Translations under genes and position numbers: made by a program
Notes under the pieces: generated by a model
Told to the model about the DNA's origin: nothing
The model's database searches: none
The model's input: the letters and a program-made list of their open reading frames with translations, nothing else
Assembly (NCBI GenBank): GCA_020724425.1
Contig: DYGY01000001.1
Span: 89,501 to 153,500 of the forward strand
DNA length: 64,000 bases
From: Thermaerobacter marianensis
Lineage (GTDB): Bacteria; Bacillota; Sulfobacillia; DVGY01
Reading direction: 5' to 3'
In this document: positions 19,866 through 28,517 of the stretch, in pieces
How positions within the stretch are numbered: position 1 is the stretch's first letter
How the letters are laid out: each line of letters begins with the position of its first letter

Positions 19866-21742
19866 TAGGGAAGATTTTGGGTAAACGTTATGAGGTTCAG
19901 AAACGCATTGGTGGCGGTGGCATGGCCATTGTCTACAAGGCTTGGGATATATTTTTACAAAGACCTGTAGCTGTGAAGGTTTTACGAGCAGAGTATGTGG
20001 AAGACAGTGAATTTTTGAAAAGATTTGAAAGAGAGGCTCAGGCTGCAGCAAGTCTTTCCCATCCAAACATTGTTGCTATTTATGATATTGGTGAAGAAGA
20101 GGGATTACCCTACATTATCATGGAGTATGTGGATGGGCAAACATTGAAGGATAAGATAAATGATGAGGCTCCTTTGAGTGATGATGAGGCTGTTGAGATA
20201 ACCCTTCAGATTCTTGAGGCGTTAGGGCATGCCCATCAACATGGGGTCATCCACAGGGATATTAAACCTCAGAATATCTTGTTAACCAAAAGTGGCCGGG
20301 TTAAGGTTGCTGATTTTGGTATAGCCAGAGCCATTACGTCGGCTTCGACAACAATTGTACACAGTGAAGTTATTGTTGGTTCAGCCCACTATCTTTCTCC
20401 TGAACAGGCTCGGGGAGGCTACACAGGAGAAGGATCAGATATATACTCTACCGGTGTGGTTCTTTATGAGATGTTGACAGGAGAGGTACCGTTTGTGGGC
20501 GATACTCCTGTAACGATAGCTTTAAAACATCTGCAACAGGAAGCTGTACCTGTTGGGGAGTTAAGGGAGGACATTTCCCCTGGTCTTGAGAGAATTGTAG
20601 CTAAAGCCATGGAAAAAGAGCAGGGACTTAGATTCGCTTCAACAGAAGATATGATTAAGTCCTTGCATAGCTGGTATCGTGGCAATGGTGATTTTTTTGA
20701 TAATGATCATCAACGAACTCAGGTGATAAGGAAAACTGGGGGTGAAAGAAGACAGATGTCTAAGAGAGGGGAAAAACCCCGCAAGGGCGGGCCAAGGGTA
20801 TCCTGGCAGGTTGTTATAGGATTATTCTTGCTTGTTGCTCTACTAACTACAGTTGGTTATGTTGGCTATTCTTTAATGGACTGGCTCACGGTCCCAGATG
20901 TTAATGTACCATCTGTTGAGGGTATGGCATCAGAAGAGGCCTTCAGTGAATTAAGAAAGGCTGGTTTGGAAGGAAGAGTAACTTCTAATAGATATAGCAA
21001 TGAGTATCCAACAGGACATGTTATTAGTCAAGAACCTAGAGCGGGTCTTTCGGTTAAGCATGGTTCTGTGGTTAATCTGGTTGTTAGCAGGGGACCAGAG
21101 TGGCTTGAAGGTGGTAGTCCTGATGTTGAAACCAAGGATTATCGTATTGCCACAACTATTCTTAGCAATGCTGGTCTAGAGGTTGATGTTCAAAGAGAGT
21201 TTAGTGATAGGGTGGCTAAAGATCTGGTAATAAGGCAGAATCCTACACCCGGGTCACCAATTCAGAGAGGCCAGACTGTTACAATGGTTGTTAGTGATGG
21301 TCCTGAACCTTTACCTTTCAGTATGCCTAGTGTTGCTGGTTTACATGTGGATGAAGCTGCCCGGATATTAAGAGATCAAGGTTTGAACTACAGAATTACC
21401 AACAAGGAAACAGCCTATCCTACAGGTTATGTATCAAGACAGAATCCTGATTATGGGCAGACAGTTAAACCAGGTGATCTTGTTGATTTAGAGGTTAGTA
21501 CCGGAATCGGCATTACTCCAAATGTTGATTACATTCAGGTAACCATACCATCAAGCCCTGCTGTTCAAAGTATCAAAGTCACTGTCTATGATGAACAGGG
21601 AGCTAGAAGAGTGTTCCAGGATAGGGTAGCAGCGGGTGCAACTTTGAATTTCACTATTCACTGGTATGGCCAAGCAGCAAGAATCGTTGTTGCTGCTGAT
21701 GGTAGGTCTATAGAGGTTATTGATCTTGGGGGTGAAGAGTAG
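19862..21742 (+). CDS. prkC: Ser/Thr protein kinase with a TM helix and extracellular PASTA repeats
   Basis: Kinase subdomains (GGGGMAIVYKA, HRDIKPQNILL, DFGIA), one TM segment, then three PASTA-like repeats. Confidence 0.9.
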   Translation: MIGKILGKRYEVQKRIGGGGMAIVYKAWDIFLQRPVAVKVLRAEYVEDSEFLKRFEREAQAAASLSHPNIVAIYDIGEEEGLPYIIMEYVDGQTLKDKINDEAPLSDDEAVEITLQILEALGHAHQHGVIHRDIKPQNILLTKSGRVKVADFGIARAITSASTTIVHSEVIVGSAHYLSPEQARGGYTGEGSDIYSTGVVLYEMLTGEVPFVGDTPVTIALKHLQQEAVPVGELREDISPGLERIVAKAMEKEQGLRFASTEDMIKSLHSWYRGNGDFFDNDHQRTQVIRKTGGERRQMSKRGEKPRKGGPRVSWQVVIGLFLLVALLTTVGYVGYSLMDWLTVPDVNVPSVEGMASEEAFSELRKAGLEGRVTSNRYSNEYPTGHVISQEPRAGLSVKHGSVVNLVVSRGPEWLEGGSPDVETKDYRIATTILSNAGLEVDVQREFSDRVAKDLVIRQNPTPGSPIQRGQTVTMVVSDGPEPLPFSMPSVAGLHVDEAARILRDQGLNYRITNKETAYPTGYVSRQNPDYGQTVKPGDLVDLEVSTGIGITPNVDYIQVTIPSSPAVQSIKVTVYDEQGARRVFQDRVAAGATLNFTIHWYGQAARIVVAADGRSIEVIDLGGEE

Positions 21743-21745
21743 AGT

Positions 21746-22621
21746 ATGCCTGATGGCCTGATTGTTAAAGCATTTAGCAACTTCTTCACTACAGAAATAG
21801 ATGGACGCCGAATTAATTTGCAGTTACCAGGAAAATTTAGACAATCAGGAGATAAAGCTTATGCCGGAGATAGGGTGGTAGTTGAATTAGACGGAAATGA
21901 AGGAATTATCACTGAGATTCTACCAAGAAAGAGTCTTTTGCAAAGACCCCCTATTGCCAATGTGGATAATGTATTAATTGTTTTAAGTACCAAAATGCCA
22001 GGTCTGAGTTTAGGGCTTTTGGATCGCCTGCTGGTATTGATTGAAGATGAAAACTTAAAACCCATCATAATTATAAACAAGATAGATTTGCTTAGTGAGT
22101 TGACTGAAGTTAATCAGATAATTGAAGTATACAGAGACATTGGCTATCCCGTCATATGTACTAGTGCCCTTAGTGGTGAGGGTATTAGCAAGCTTAAAGA
22201 GGCTTTGTCTCAGGGAATAACTGTTGTGGCAGGACCTAGTGGCGCCGGTAAGTCCACCTTGCTAAATGCCATCAGTCCTGACCTTAATCTGGCAACCGGA
22301 GCTGTTAGCAAGAAACTAAAAGCGGGAAGACATACAACAAGAAATGTGGAACTTCTAAAGGTGGAAGGCTATGGTTTCCTAGCTGATACTCCCGGTTTTA
22401 GTAATCTTGATATTACTAGTGTGGCTAAGGAGCGTTTAGGACACTGTTTCTTAGAATTTCGGGATTTAAGTCTTAACTGTCGCTTCCGGGGTTGTTTGCA
22501 CAAAAGTGAACCAGATTGTGCAATTAAAGAGAGGGTCCAAGGAGATATTGCTGAATGGAGATACAAAAACTATCTATCTATGTTAGAAGAAATTGAGGAG
22601 TGGGAGGAGAGAAGATATTGA
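21746..22621 (+). CDS. rsgA: ribosome small-subunit biogenesis GTPase
   Basis: Circularly permuted GTPase motifs (NKIDL ... GPSGAGKST) and a C-terminal zinc-finger Cys (CRFRGCLH...C). Confidence 0.85.
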   Translation: MPDGLIVKAFSNFFTTEIDGRRINLQLPGKFRQSGDKAYAGDRVVVELDGNEGIITEILPRKSLLQRPPIANVDNVLIVLSTKMPGLSLGLLDRLLVLIEDENLKPIIIINKIDLLSELTEVNQIIEVYRDIGYPVICTSALSGEGISKLKEALSQGITVVAGPSGAGKSTLLNAISPDLNLATGAVSKKLKAGRHTTRNVELLKVEGYGFLADTPGFSNLDITSVAKERLGHCFLEFRDLSLNCRFRGCLHKSEPDCAIKERVQGDIAEWRYKNYLSMLEEIEEWEERRY

Positions 22622-23277
22622 GTATTAGGATAGCTCCTTCAATTCTTAGTGGTGATTTTGCTAATCTAGCTCTTTCAGTTAAAGCTGTAGAAAACGCAGA
22701 TCTTTTGCATTTGGATATTATGGATGGGCATTTTGTACCCAACATTACTTTTGGTCCAGCAGTTGTAGGGGCATTAAGGGAGCATTCGGATTTGCCTTTT
22801 GATGTTCACCTGATGATTGAAAATCCAGATCAGTATATTGAGGATTTTGTGAAGGCTGGAGCAGACCTTTTAACGGTACATGTGGAAGCTACAAGACATC
22901 TACACCGTACCATCTGTTCGATTAAGGAGTATGGTGTAGAAGCTGGAGTAGCTTTAAACCCGGCAACACCTTTAGCTTCCATTGAAGAGATTCTACCTGA
23001 ACTAGATTTTATCTTGATTATGAGCGTTAATCCCGGTTTTGGTGGACAGAAATTTATTTCTTCATCTTTAGACAAGATTAAGAAGCTTAAGAGTATGTTA
23101 GAAGAAAGAGAGTTAGAAAAACAGATCTTTGTTGATGGTGGTGTTGATAAGACTAATGCAACTGCTTTAGCGATGGCAGGGGCAAATGTCTTGGTTGCCG
23201 GTTCAGCGGTTTTTGGTAGAAACAATGTAGATTTGGCCATTAGTGAGTTGCGTGAAGCAGGTCTAATGGGGTTATAA
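22600..23277 (+). CDS. rpe: ribulose-phosphate 3-epimerase (start may instead be TTG 22618)
   Basis: IAPSILSGDF, HLDIMDGHFVPN and GGQKF motifs. Confidence 0.9.
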   Translation: MGGEKILSIRIAPSILSGDFANLALSVKAVENADLLHLDIMDGHFVPNITFGPAVVGALREHSDLPFDVHLMIENPDQYIEDFVKAGADLLTVHVEATRHLHRTICSIKEYGVEAGVALNPATPLASIEEILPELDFILIMSVNPGFGGQKFISSSLDKIKKLKSMLEERELEKQIFVDGGVDKTNATALAMAGANVLVAGSAVFGRNNVDLAISELREAGLMGL

Positions 23278-23491
23278 GAACGGAAAACAGAAGGTCAGAA
23301 TATACTAACCCAGGGAGAAGACTCAGGCAAAGGGGTTGGATTTATGCAGGCACGTATCTTCCGTTTACCCAAGGTGTTTGGTCGTTTGTTCTCTTTTTTC
23401 CGGGGAAGCAAATAGGGTAGAGGTAGGAGGGGGCTTTTCACAGGCCTTCTTCTGCTTAATTATTTCATGGACAGGCGTGGAGGGATTTGTC

Positions 23492-24367
23492 TTGAAGGAT
23501 TATATGATTAGAGCCATATCTTTAGATGGCTCTATCAGAGTTGTAGCTGCTAGAACAACTGATATTGTTAGTATTGCTAGAGAGGTACATAATTTAAGCA
23601 ATACCGCTACTGCAGCTCTTGGCAGGTTGTTGACTGCAGGACTCCTTGTCAGTACCGGTATGAAGGGTGATGATACCTTAACCTTAAGGGTTAATGGTGG
23701 TGGACCACTTGGGAACCTAATTGTTGATGCTGATGCTGATGGGCACATCAGGGGTTATGTAAGTCATCCAGAGGTTGAGCTACCTCTAAAGAATGGTAAG
23801 CTTGATGTTGGTGGTGCTGTAGGCAGTGAAGGACAGATGTATCTCACTAAGGATCTTGGTTTAAAGGAACCATATACGGGTAGTGCCAGATTAATATCAG
23901 GAGAGATTGCTGAGGATATGACCTATTTTCTTTGGCAGTCTGAGCAGATTAGGTCGGCAACAACCTTAGGGGTTCTGGTAGGAAAAGAAGGAGTGTTGGC
24001 TGCTGGTGGACTCTTGCTTCAGCTTTTGCCAGGGTATGATGAAGGGTTAGTTGATAATATTGAAGCTAATTTTGCAGATCTTTCCGATATCAGCAGAATT
24101 ATCGAAACTGGGGTAGGTCCAGAAGAGCTAGTTGCTAGAGCTCTTGCTGGAATTGATTATCGAATAATTGATGAAAAAGAGGTTTCTTTTACATGTAGAT
24201 GTTCTAAGGACAAAGTCGCTGCAGCCCTTATTCTTCTAGAAGATGAGGAATTGCTTGAGATGATGGGTGATGAAAGAACGGTTGCTAAGTGTCATTTTTG
24301 TGGGGAAGAATATGTTTTCACCCGTGAAGACTTAAGAGAGTTCATAAAAAACAAAAAAGCCCTGTAA
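23492..24367 (+). CDS. hslO: 33 kDa redox-regulated chaperonin Hsp33
   Basis: TTG start 7 nt after GGAGGG. The N-terminus KDYMIRAISLDGSIRVVAARTTD parallels B. subtilis Hsp33. C-terminal zinc centre CRCS...CHFCGEEY. The ORF-track N-terminal extension from 23336 is not supported. Confidence 0.8.
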   Translation: MKDYMIRAISLDGSIRVVAARTTDIVSIAREVHNLSNTATAALGRLLTAGLLVSTGMKGDDTLTLRVNGGGPLGNLIVDADADGHIRGYVSHPEVELPLKNGKLDVGGAVGSEGQMYLTKDLGLKEPYTGSARLISGEIAEDMTYFLWQSEQIRSATTLGVLVGKEGVLAAGGLLLQLLPGYDEGLVDNIEANFADLSDISRIIETGVGPEELVARALAGIDYRIIDEKEVSFTCRCSKDKVAAALILLEDEELLEMMGDERTVAKCHFCGEEYVFTREDLREFIKNKKAL

Positions 24368-24380
24368 AGGGCTCGTTTTG

Positions 24381-24572
24381 CTAGATGACTCTTTGAACTT
24401 TGCCTGAACGTAAGCAACGGGTGCATACATTTACACGACGTGGTGTACCTTCAACTAGTATCTTCACACGCTGTAGATTTGGTTGCCAGCGTCTCTTAGT
24501 TTTTACGTTTGAGTGGCTGACAGAATGCCCGGTTCCGGCGCCCTTGCCGCAAACTGCGCAGGTATATGCCAT
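24381..24572 (-). CDS. rpmB: 50S ribosomal protein L28
   Basis: MAYTCAVCGKGAGTGHSVSHS...RRWQPNLQRVKIL is canonical L28. GGAGGTGG RBS. The 7 N-terminal codons in the ORF track are spurious. Confidence 0.9.
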   Translation of the reverse strand: MAYTCAVCGKGAGTGHSVSHSNVKTKRRWQPNLQRVKILVEGTPRRVNVCTRCLRSGKVQRVI

Positions 24573-24631
24573 ACCATCCACCTCCCCAATCAATCATAGA
24601 CGTGGAACAAGTTCCACCGTAAACCTTAATC

Positions 24632-24661
24632 ATTTTAACACATTGTTTCTATTGCAGGCAA
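24632..24661 (-). promoter_or_regulatory. sigma-A promoter for rpmB (TTGCCT - 17/18 nt - TGtTAAAAT, extended -10)
   Basis: Read on the minus strand, followed by an ~70-nt leader with a GTGGAAC/GTTCCAC hairpin. Confidence 0.45.
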
Positions 24662-24680
24662 GAAAAAGGTAATATATATA
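24652..24680 (+). promoter_or_regulatory. candidate sigma-A promoter for asp23-fakA (TTGCAG-17-TATATA), -35 overlapping the divergent rpmB -35
   Basis: AT-rich TATATATATAAT tract 100 nt upstream of the asp23 ATG. Confidence 0.3.
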
Positions 24681-24783
24681 TAATATAAGAGGTGGGGTTT
24701 TACCTATTTGGGTTAAGTAGCAGGAAATGTAGAAGTTAGGCGAGAATTGTTGTATTTACCAAAGTGTCTATGGAGGAGTTCTC

Positions 24784-25146
24784 ATGACCAAGGAGATAAC
24801 TACAGAGTTAGGGAAAATTGCTGTATCAGATGAAGTGGTTGCTACCATTGCTGGTTTAGCCGCAACTGAGTGTTATGGTGTAGTTGGTATGGCTTCACGT
24901 ACGATTGGTGATGGTTTAGCAGGTATTCTTGGGAAGGATAACCTGAGCAGAGGTGTAGAGGTTGTCCTTGATGACGCTGAATTAGTTATTAACGTCTATA
25001 TCATTGTTGGCTATGGAACAAGAATATCTGAGGTAGCAAGAAACGTTGTGGAGAGAGTGAAATACCTTGTTGAAAATGCTACTGGTGTAACGGTTAAGAA
25101 GGTGAATGTGACAGTGGCGGGAGTGAAGTTGAACAAGGAGCGCTAA
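24784..25146 (+). CDS. Asp23/Gls24-family alkaline shock protein (YloU-like)
   Basis: MTKEITTELGKIAVSDEVVATIAG... is typical of Asp23. Directly upstream of fakA, as yloU-yloV in Bacillus. Confidence 0.85.
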   Translation: MTKEITTELGKIAVSDEVVATIAGLAATECYGVVGMASRTIGDGLAGILGKDNLSRGVEVVLDDAELVINVYIIVGYGTRISEVARNVVERVKYLVENATGVTVKKVNVTVAGVKLNKER

Positions 25147-25168
25147 TTAAGGGGGAGCAGAGGGAAAA

Positions 25169-26767
25169 ATGGATTTTTTGACCGGGGCTGATTATCTTAA
25201 ATTTATAAAAGGGGGGTATCGCAACCTTGCAGCAAGACAGGATAGAGTAAATGCTCTTAATGTTTTCCCGGTACCAGACGGAGATACGGGGAGCAACATG
25301 ACTTTAACCATGAAGGCTGCTGTAGAAGAGGTTGAGCGAAACCCTAAAGCAACGGTAGGAGAGATTGCTCAGGCTGTTGCCAAAGGTTCCCTGATGGGTG
25401 CAAGAGGAAACTCTGGAGTGATTTTGTCACAGCTTTTTCGTGGGATGGCTGAAGAACTCAAGGGTTATGAACAGATTGATGCGGCTACGTTTGCTGAAGC
25501 CTTAAGAGAAGCATCCCGTACTGCATACAAGATGGTGATGAAACCTGTTGAGGGAACAATATTGACGGTATCAAAGGAAGCAGGAAATGGTGCTATTAAT
25601 GCTGCCAAGAACGGAGCAGAGGTTCTAGGTGTCTTACAGAAAACCATTGAGGCAGCTAATATTGCTTTAGCAAAAACACCTGATCAGTTACCAGTTTTGA
25701 AGAAAGCGGGAGTGGTTGATGCTGGTGGTCAGGGATATATCTTCTTCCTTGAGGGTGGTTTACATGGTATTCTCAATGAAGAAATAGTGTTAGAGGATAT
25801 TGTTGTTAGAAAACAGGTTGATTTTGAGTTAACTGAGGATCTTGCTGATATCACTTTCCCTTATGATACGGAACTATTCATTAAGGGGCAGGTACCAATA
25901 GAAGCTGTTAGAGAGACTTTAGGGACAATGGGTGACAGCGTTATTGTTGTTGGCAGCGATGATCTGACTAAGGTACACGTTCATACAGATAAACCAGGTG
26001 ATGTTCTCTCATACCTCATTGGTTTTGGTGAACTGACTAATATTGAGATACTGAATATGAAAGATCAGCATGCAGCTCTTAGTCATGAGAGTGTACAAGA
26101 GGAAGAAGAAAAGGAACTAGGTATGGTTGCTGTAGCAATGGGTGAGGGTTTTGAGGAGATCTTTAGAAGCTTGGGGATAGATAGGATTGTTCACGGTGGA
26201 CAAACTATGAATCCAAGTACTCAAGATATTGTTGATGCTATCGAGAGTGTTCTAGCTCCAGCTGTAGTTCTGTTACCCAATAACTCAAATGTAATCTTGG
26301 CTTGTGAACAGGCTAAGGGGTTAACAGAAAAACAGGTATTTGTTGTTCCCACAAAATCGATGCCTGAGGGTATAGCAGCAGCAATAGGTTTAACTGATAC
26401 TGGTGAAATAGAAGAACGTGTAGAAGCAATGAAGGAAAGTGTAGCACTTGTTACTACAGGTGAAATAACCTATGCAGTACGGGATACGGAGTTTGATAAT
26501 TTAGAGATTAAAGCAGGAGAGTATCTTGGTGTCGCTAATGGAACAATTGTTACTACCGGGACAGATTTAATTAGTATAGCTATAGAACTGGTTGGGAAGA
26601 TGAGTACTGATGATAGTGAGATTCTTTCTCTGTATTATGGTAGTGATGTCACAGAGGAAGATGCTGAAGAATTAGCAACAGTTATTGAAGAGAACTACCC
26701 TGATTTTGATGTACAGGTATATTATGGTGGTCAAGAGCACTACTATTATGTTCTTTCTCTGGAATAA
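25169..26767 (+). CDS. fakA: fatty acid kinase catalytic subunit (Dak2 domain, YloV)
   Basis: NVFPVPDGDTGSNM Dak2 motif and a C-terminal DegV-like region. Confidence 0.85.
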   Translation: MDFLTGADYLKFIKGGYRNLAARQDRVNALNVFPVPDGDTGSNMTLTMKAAVEEVERNPKATVGEIAQAVAKGSLMGARGNSGVILSQLFRGMAEELKGYEQIDAATFAEALREASRTAYKMVMKPVEGTILTVSKEAGNGAINAAKNGAEVLGVLQKTIEAANIALAKTPDQLPVLKKAGVVDAGGQGYIFFLEGGLHGILNEEIVLEDIVVRKQVDFELTEDLADITFPYDTELFIKGQVPIEAVRETLGTMGDSVIVVGSDDLTKVHVHTDKPGDVLSYLIGFGELTNIEILNMKDQHAALSHESVQEEEEKELGMVAVAMGEGFEEIFRSLGIDRIVHGGQTMNPSTQDIVDAIESVLAPAVVLLPNNSNVILACEQAKGLTEKQVFVVPTKSMPEGIAAAIGLTDTGEIEERVEAMKESVALVTTGEITYAVRDTEFDNLEIKAGEYLGVANGTIVTTGTDLISIAIELVGKMSTDDSEILSLYYGSDVTEEDAEELATVIEENYPDFDVQVYYGGQEHYYYVLSLE

Positions 26768-26781
26768 TATTTTGCATGAGA

Positions 26782-26815
26782 AGCCTTCAGCCATTCTGGT
26801 TGAAGGCTTTTTTTC
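26782..26815 (+). terminator. intrinsic terminator after fakA
   Basis: Perfect 8-bp stem AGCCTTCA / TGAAGGCT with an 11-nt loop, then TTTTTTT. Confidence 0.7.
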
Positions 26816-26829
26816 AAGGAGTGAGTTAA

Positions 26830-28125
26830 ATGGCCTGGGTCTTAGAAGGTCTGAAAGAAAAGGAAAGACAATATGAGGTAACTGTACCCGGTGATAAATC
26901 GATAGCTCACCGAGCTATTATGCTTGCCTCTCTTGCCCAAGGGAATACCCATATAACAGGAATTCCTGACGGTGCTGATGTATTTACCACTATTAATGTC
27001 TTTAGGCAACTGGGTATTGATATCAAGCAAACAGATGATGAGCTTTATATAGAAGGCAGCATAGGAGAGCCTAATAGACCTTTAGATATGGGTAACTCTG
27101 GTACTACAGCTAGATTGACCATGGGAATACTTGCAGGAACTGAGGGATACTTTGTTCTAACCGGAGATGAGTCTTTAAGAGAAAGACCAATGAAAAGGGT
27201 TATAGATCCCTTAAGACTGATGGGTGCCGATATTGATGGTAGGGCTAATGGTGCTCTTTTGCCGGTAGGTATCCGTGGTCGAAGGTTAAGAGGTATTGAA
27301 TATGAGATGCCTAAGGCTAGTGCTCAGGTTAAGTCTGCTCTTCTTTTAGCTGGTTTACAGGCAGAGGGTACAACCATAGTTCATGAAAAATTAAAGAGCA
27401 GGGACCATACAGAAAGACTCTTAGCAAGTTTTGGTGTTAAGCTTGATGTGAGTGGGTCTTCTATAGCTATTAAGGGTAGTCAAGTCCTTAAGTCGCCAGG
27501 GAAGCTAGAAATTCCCGGTGATTTTTCTTCAGCTGCTTTTTGGATAGCAGTTGCATTGACTGTACCTAGAAGCACAATTGAAATTAAGAATGTTGGATTA
27601 AATCCTAGTAGGATTGGTCTTCTTACCATATTAAAAAGAATGGGAGCAAAACTAGAAATTAGGGAACATGGGAATATTTTTGGGGAGCCTGTTGGTGATC
27701 TTTTGGTATCATATTCAAAACTAAAAGGTACCGAGGTCGAAAAAGAGATAATCCCAAGTTTGATTGATGAATTGCCAATTTTGGCGGTAATATCGGCACA
27801 GGCAGAGGGAAAGACTGAAGTCTTAGGAGCGGAAGAATTAAGAGTTAAGGAAACAGATAGGATTAAAAGTATTTGCAACAATTTAGGAAAGCTTGGTGTA
27901 GATATTGTTGAACAGAAAGATGGTTTTATAGTTACTGGTGGTAGAGGCCTGATTGGCAATACTGTAAGTGCTGATGGTGATCACAGAATGGCTATAGCTT
28001 TAGCTGTTGCCAGTTTAAATGCTAATGGTATAACAACAATTAAAGGCGCTGAAATTGCTAGTGTTTCCTATCCGGATTTCAAGTTAAAATTAGACGATTT
28101 TGCTAAAGTCAACCGTAACATATAG
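26830..28125 (+). CDS. aroA: 3-phosphoshikimate 1-carboxyvinyltransferase (EPSP synthase)
   Basis: GDKSIAHRAIMLASLAQG N-terminal motif and EPSP synthase length. AAGGAG RBS. Confidence 0.9.
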   Translation: MAWVLEGLKEKERQYEVTVPGDKSIAHRAIMLASLAQGNTHITGIPDGADVFTTINVFRQLGIDIKQTDDELYIEGSIGEPNRPLDMGNSGTTARLTMGILAGTEGYFVLTGDESLRERPMKRVIDPLRLMGADIDGRANGALLPVGIRGRRLRGIEYEMPKASAQVKSALLLAGLQAEGTTIVHEKLKSRDHTERLLASFGVKLDVSGSSIAIKGSQVLKSPGKLEIPGDFSSAAFWIAVALTVPRSTIEIKNVGLNPSRIGLLTILKRMGAKLEIREHGNIFGEPVGDLLVSYSKLKGTEVEKEIIPSLIDELPILAVISAQAEGKTEVLGAEELRVKETDRIKSICNNLGKLGVDIVEQKDGFIVTGGRGLIGNTVSADGDHRMAIALAVASLNANGITTIKGAEIASVSYPDFKLKLDDFAKVNRNI

Positions 28126-28130
28126 TACCA

Positions 28131-28161
28131 GTATATAGAGTTTATTTCTGATGCAGAATAA
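28131..28161 (+). promoter_or_regulatory. forespore sigma-G-like promoter (GTATA-18-CAGAATAA) for the SASP gene
   Basis: Matches GHATR-N18-CAHWHTAH at all but one position. Lies ~27 nt upstream of the AAAGGAGG RBS. Confidence 0.45.
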
Positions 28162-28187
28162 GTGATGCAAAGGAGGTGAACCGCAAC

Positions 28188-28418
28188 ATGGCACAGGGTC
28201 AAAGATCAAATCGCATTTTGGTTAGAGGAGCTGAACAGGCTCTAGATCAGTTCAAGTATGAAGTGGCTCAGGAGTTAGGTATTACCCCTCCTCCCGATGG
28301 ATACTGGGGTGATCTTCCTTCCCGTCAGAATGGTGCAATAGGTGGTCATATGGTTCGCCGGATGATTCAAATGGCCGAACAAAGTCTAGCTGGCCGTACC
28401 GGTGGTACAACTAGGTAG
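28188..28418 (+). CDS. alpha/beta-type small acid-soluble spore protein
   Basis: ALDQFKYEVAQELGI...NGAIGGHMVRRMIQMAEQ is the SspA/B family signature. 76 aa. Confidence 0.85.
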   Translation: MAQGQRSNRILVRGAEQALDQFKYEVAQELGITPPPDGYWGDLPSRQNGAIGGHMVRRMIQMAEQSLAGRTGGTTR

Positions 28419-28478
28419 GATAGGCTCGTTCATTGTCACAACTTGTGAAACACCTCGATTAGTAGTGTTCTTGTAGGG

Positions 28479-28517
28479 GAGCGGACAGATAAGTGAGAAC
28501 TGTCCGCTCTTCATTTT
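28479..28517. terminator. terminator between the convergent SASP gene and gpr
   Basis: GAGCGGACAG / CTGTCCGCTC perfect 10-bp stem, 11-nt loop, then TTCATTTTT, which overlaps the gpr stop. Confidence 0.7.

Noticed and set aside
23285-23310. Possible CtsR (GGTCAAA repeat) or CIRCE element upstream of hslO.
   Set aside because: GGTCAGAatatACTAAC matches neither consensus beyond a single heptad.
23336-23491. N-terminal 52-codon extension of the hslO ORF in the track.
   Set aside because: Hsp33 homology begins at KDYMIRAIS. A TTG with a GGAGGG RBS sits exactly there. The extension is Cys/Ser-rich noise.
27480-27959. 159-aa minus-strand ORF inside aroA. Similar antisense ORFs occur at 28927..29448, 31898..32281, 54106..54621, 5345..5632, 7106..7396 and 22830..23240.
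   Set aside because: Each lies wholly antisense to a well-supported conserved gene. They are low-complexity with no recognisable motifs and no RBS. They are typical shadow ORFs.
28395-28412. T-box-like 'GGTGGTAC' string.
   Set aside because: It lies inside the SASP coding sequence (encoding GRTGGTTR). There is no specifier or antiterminator context.
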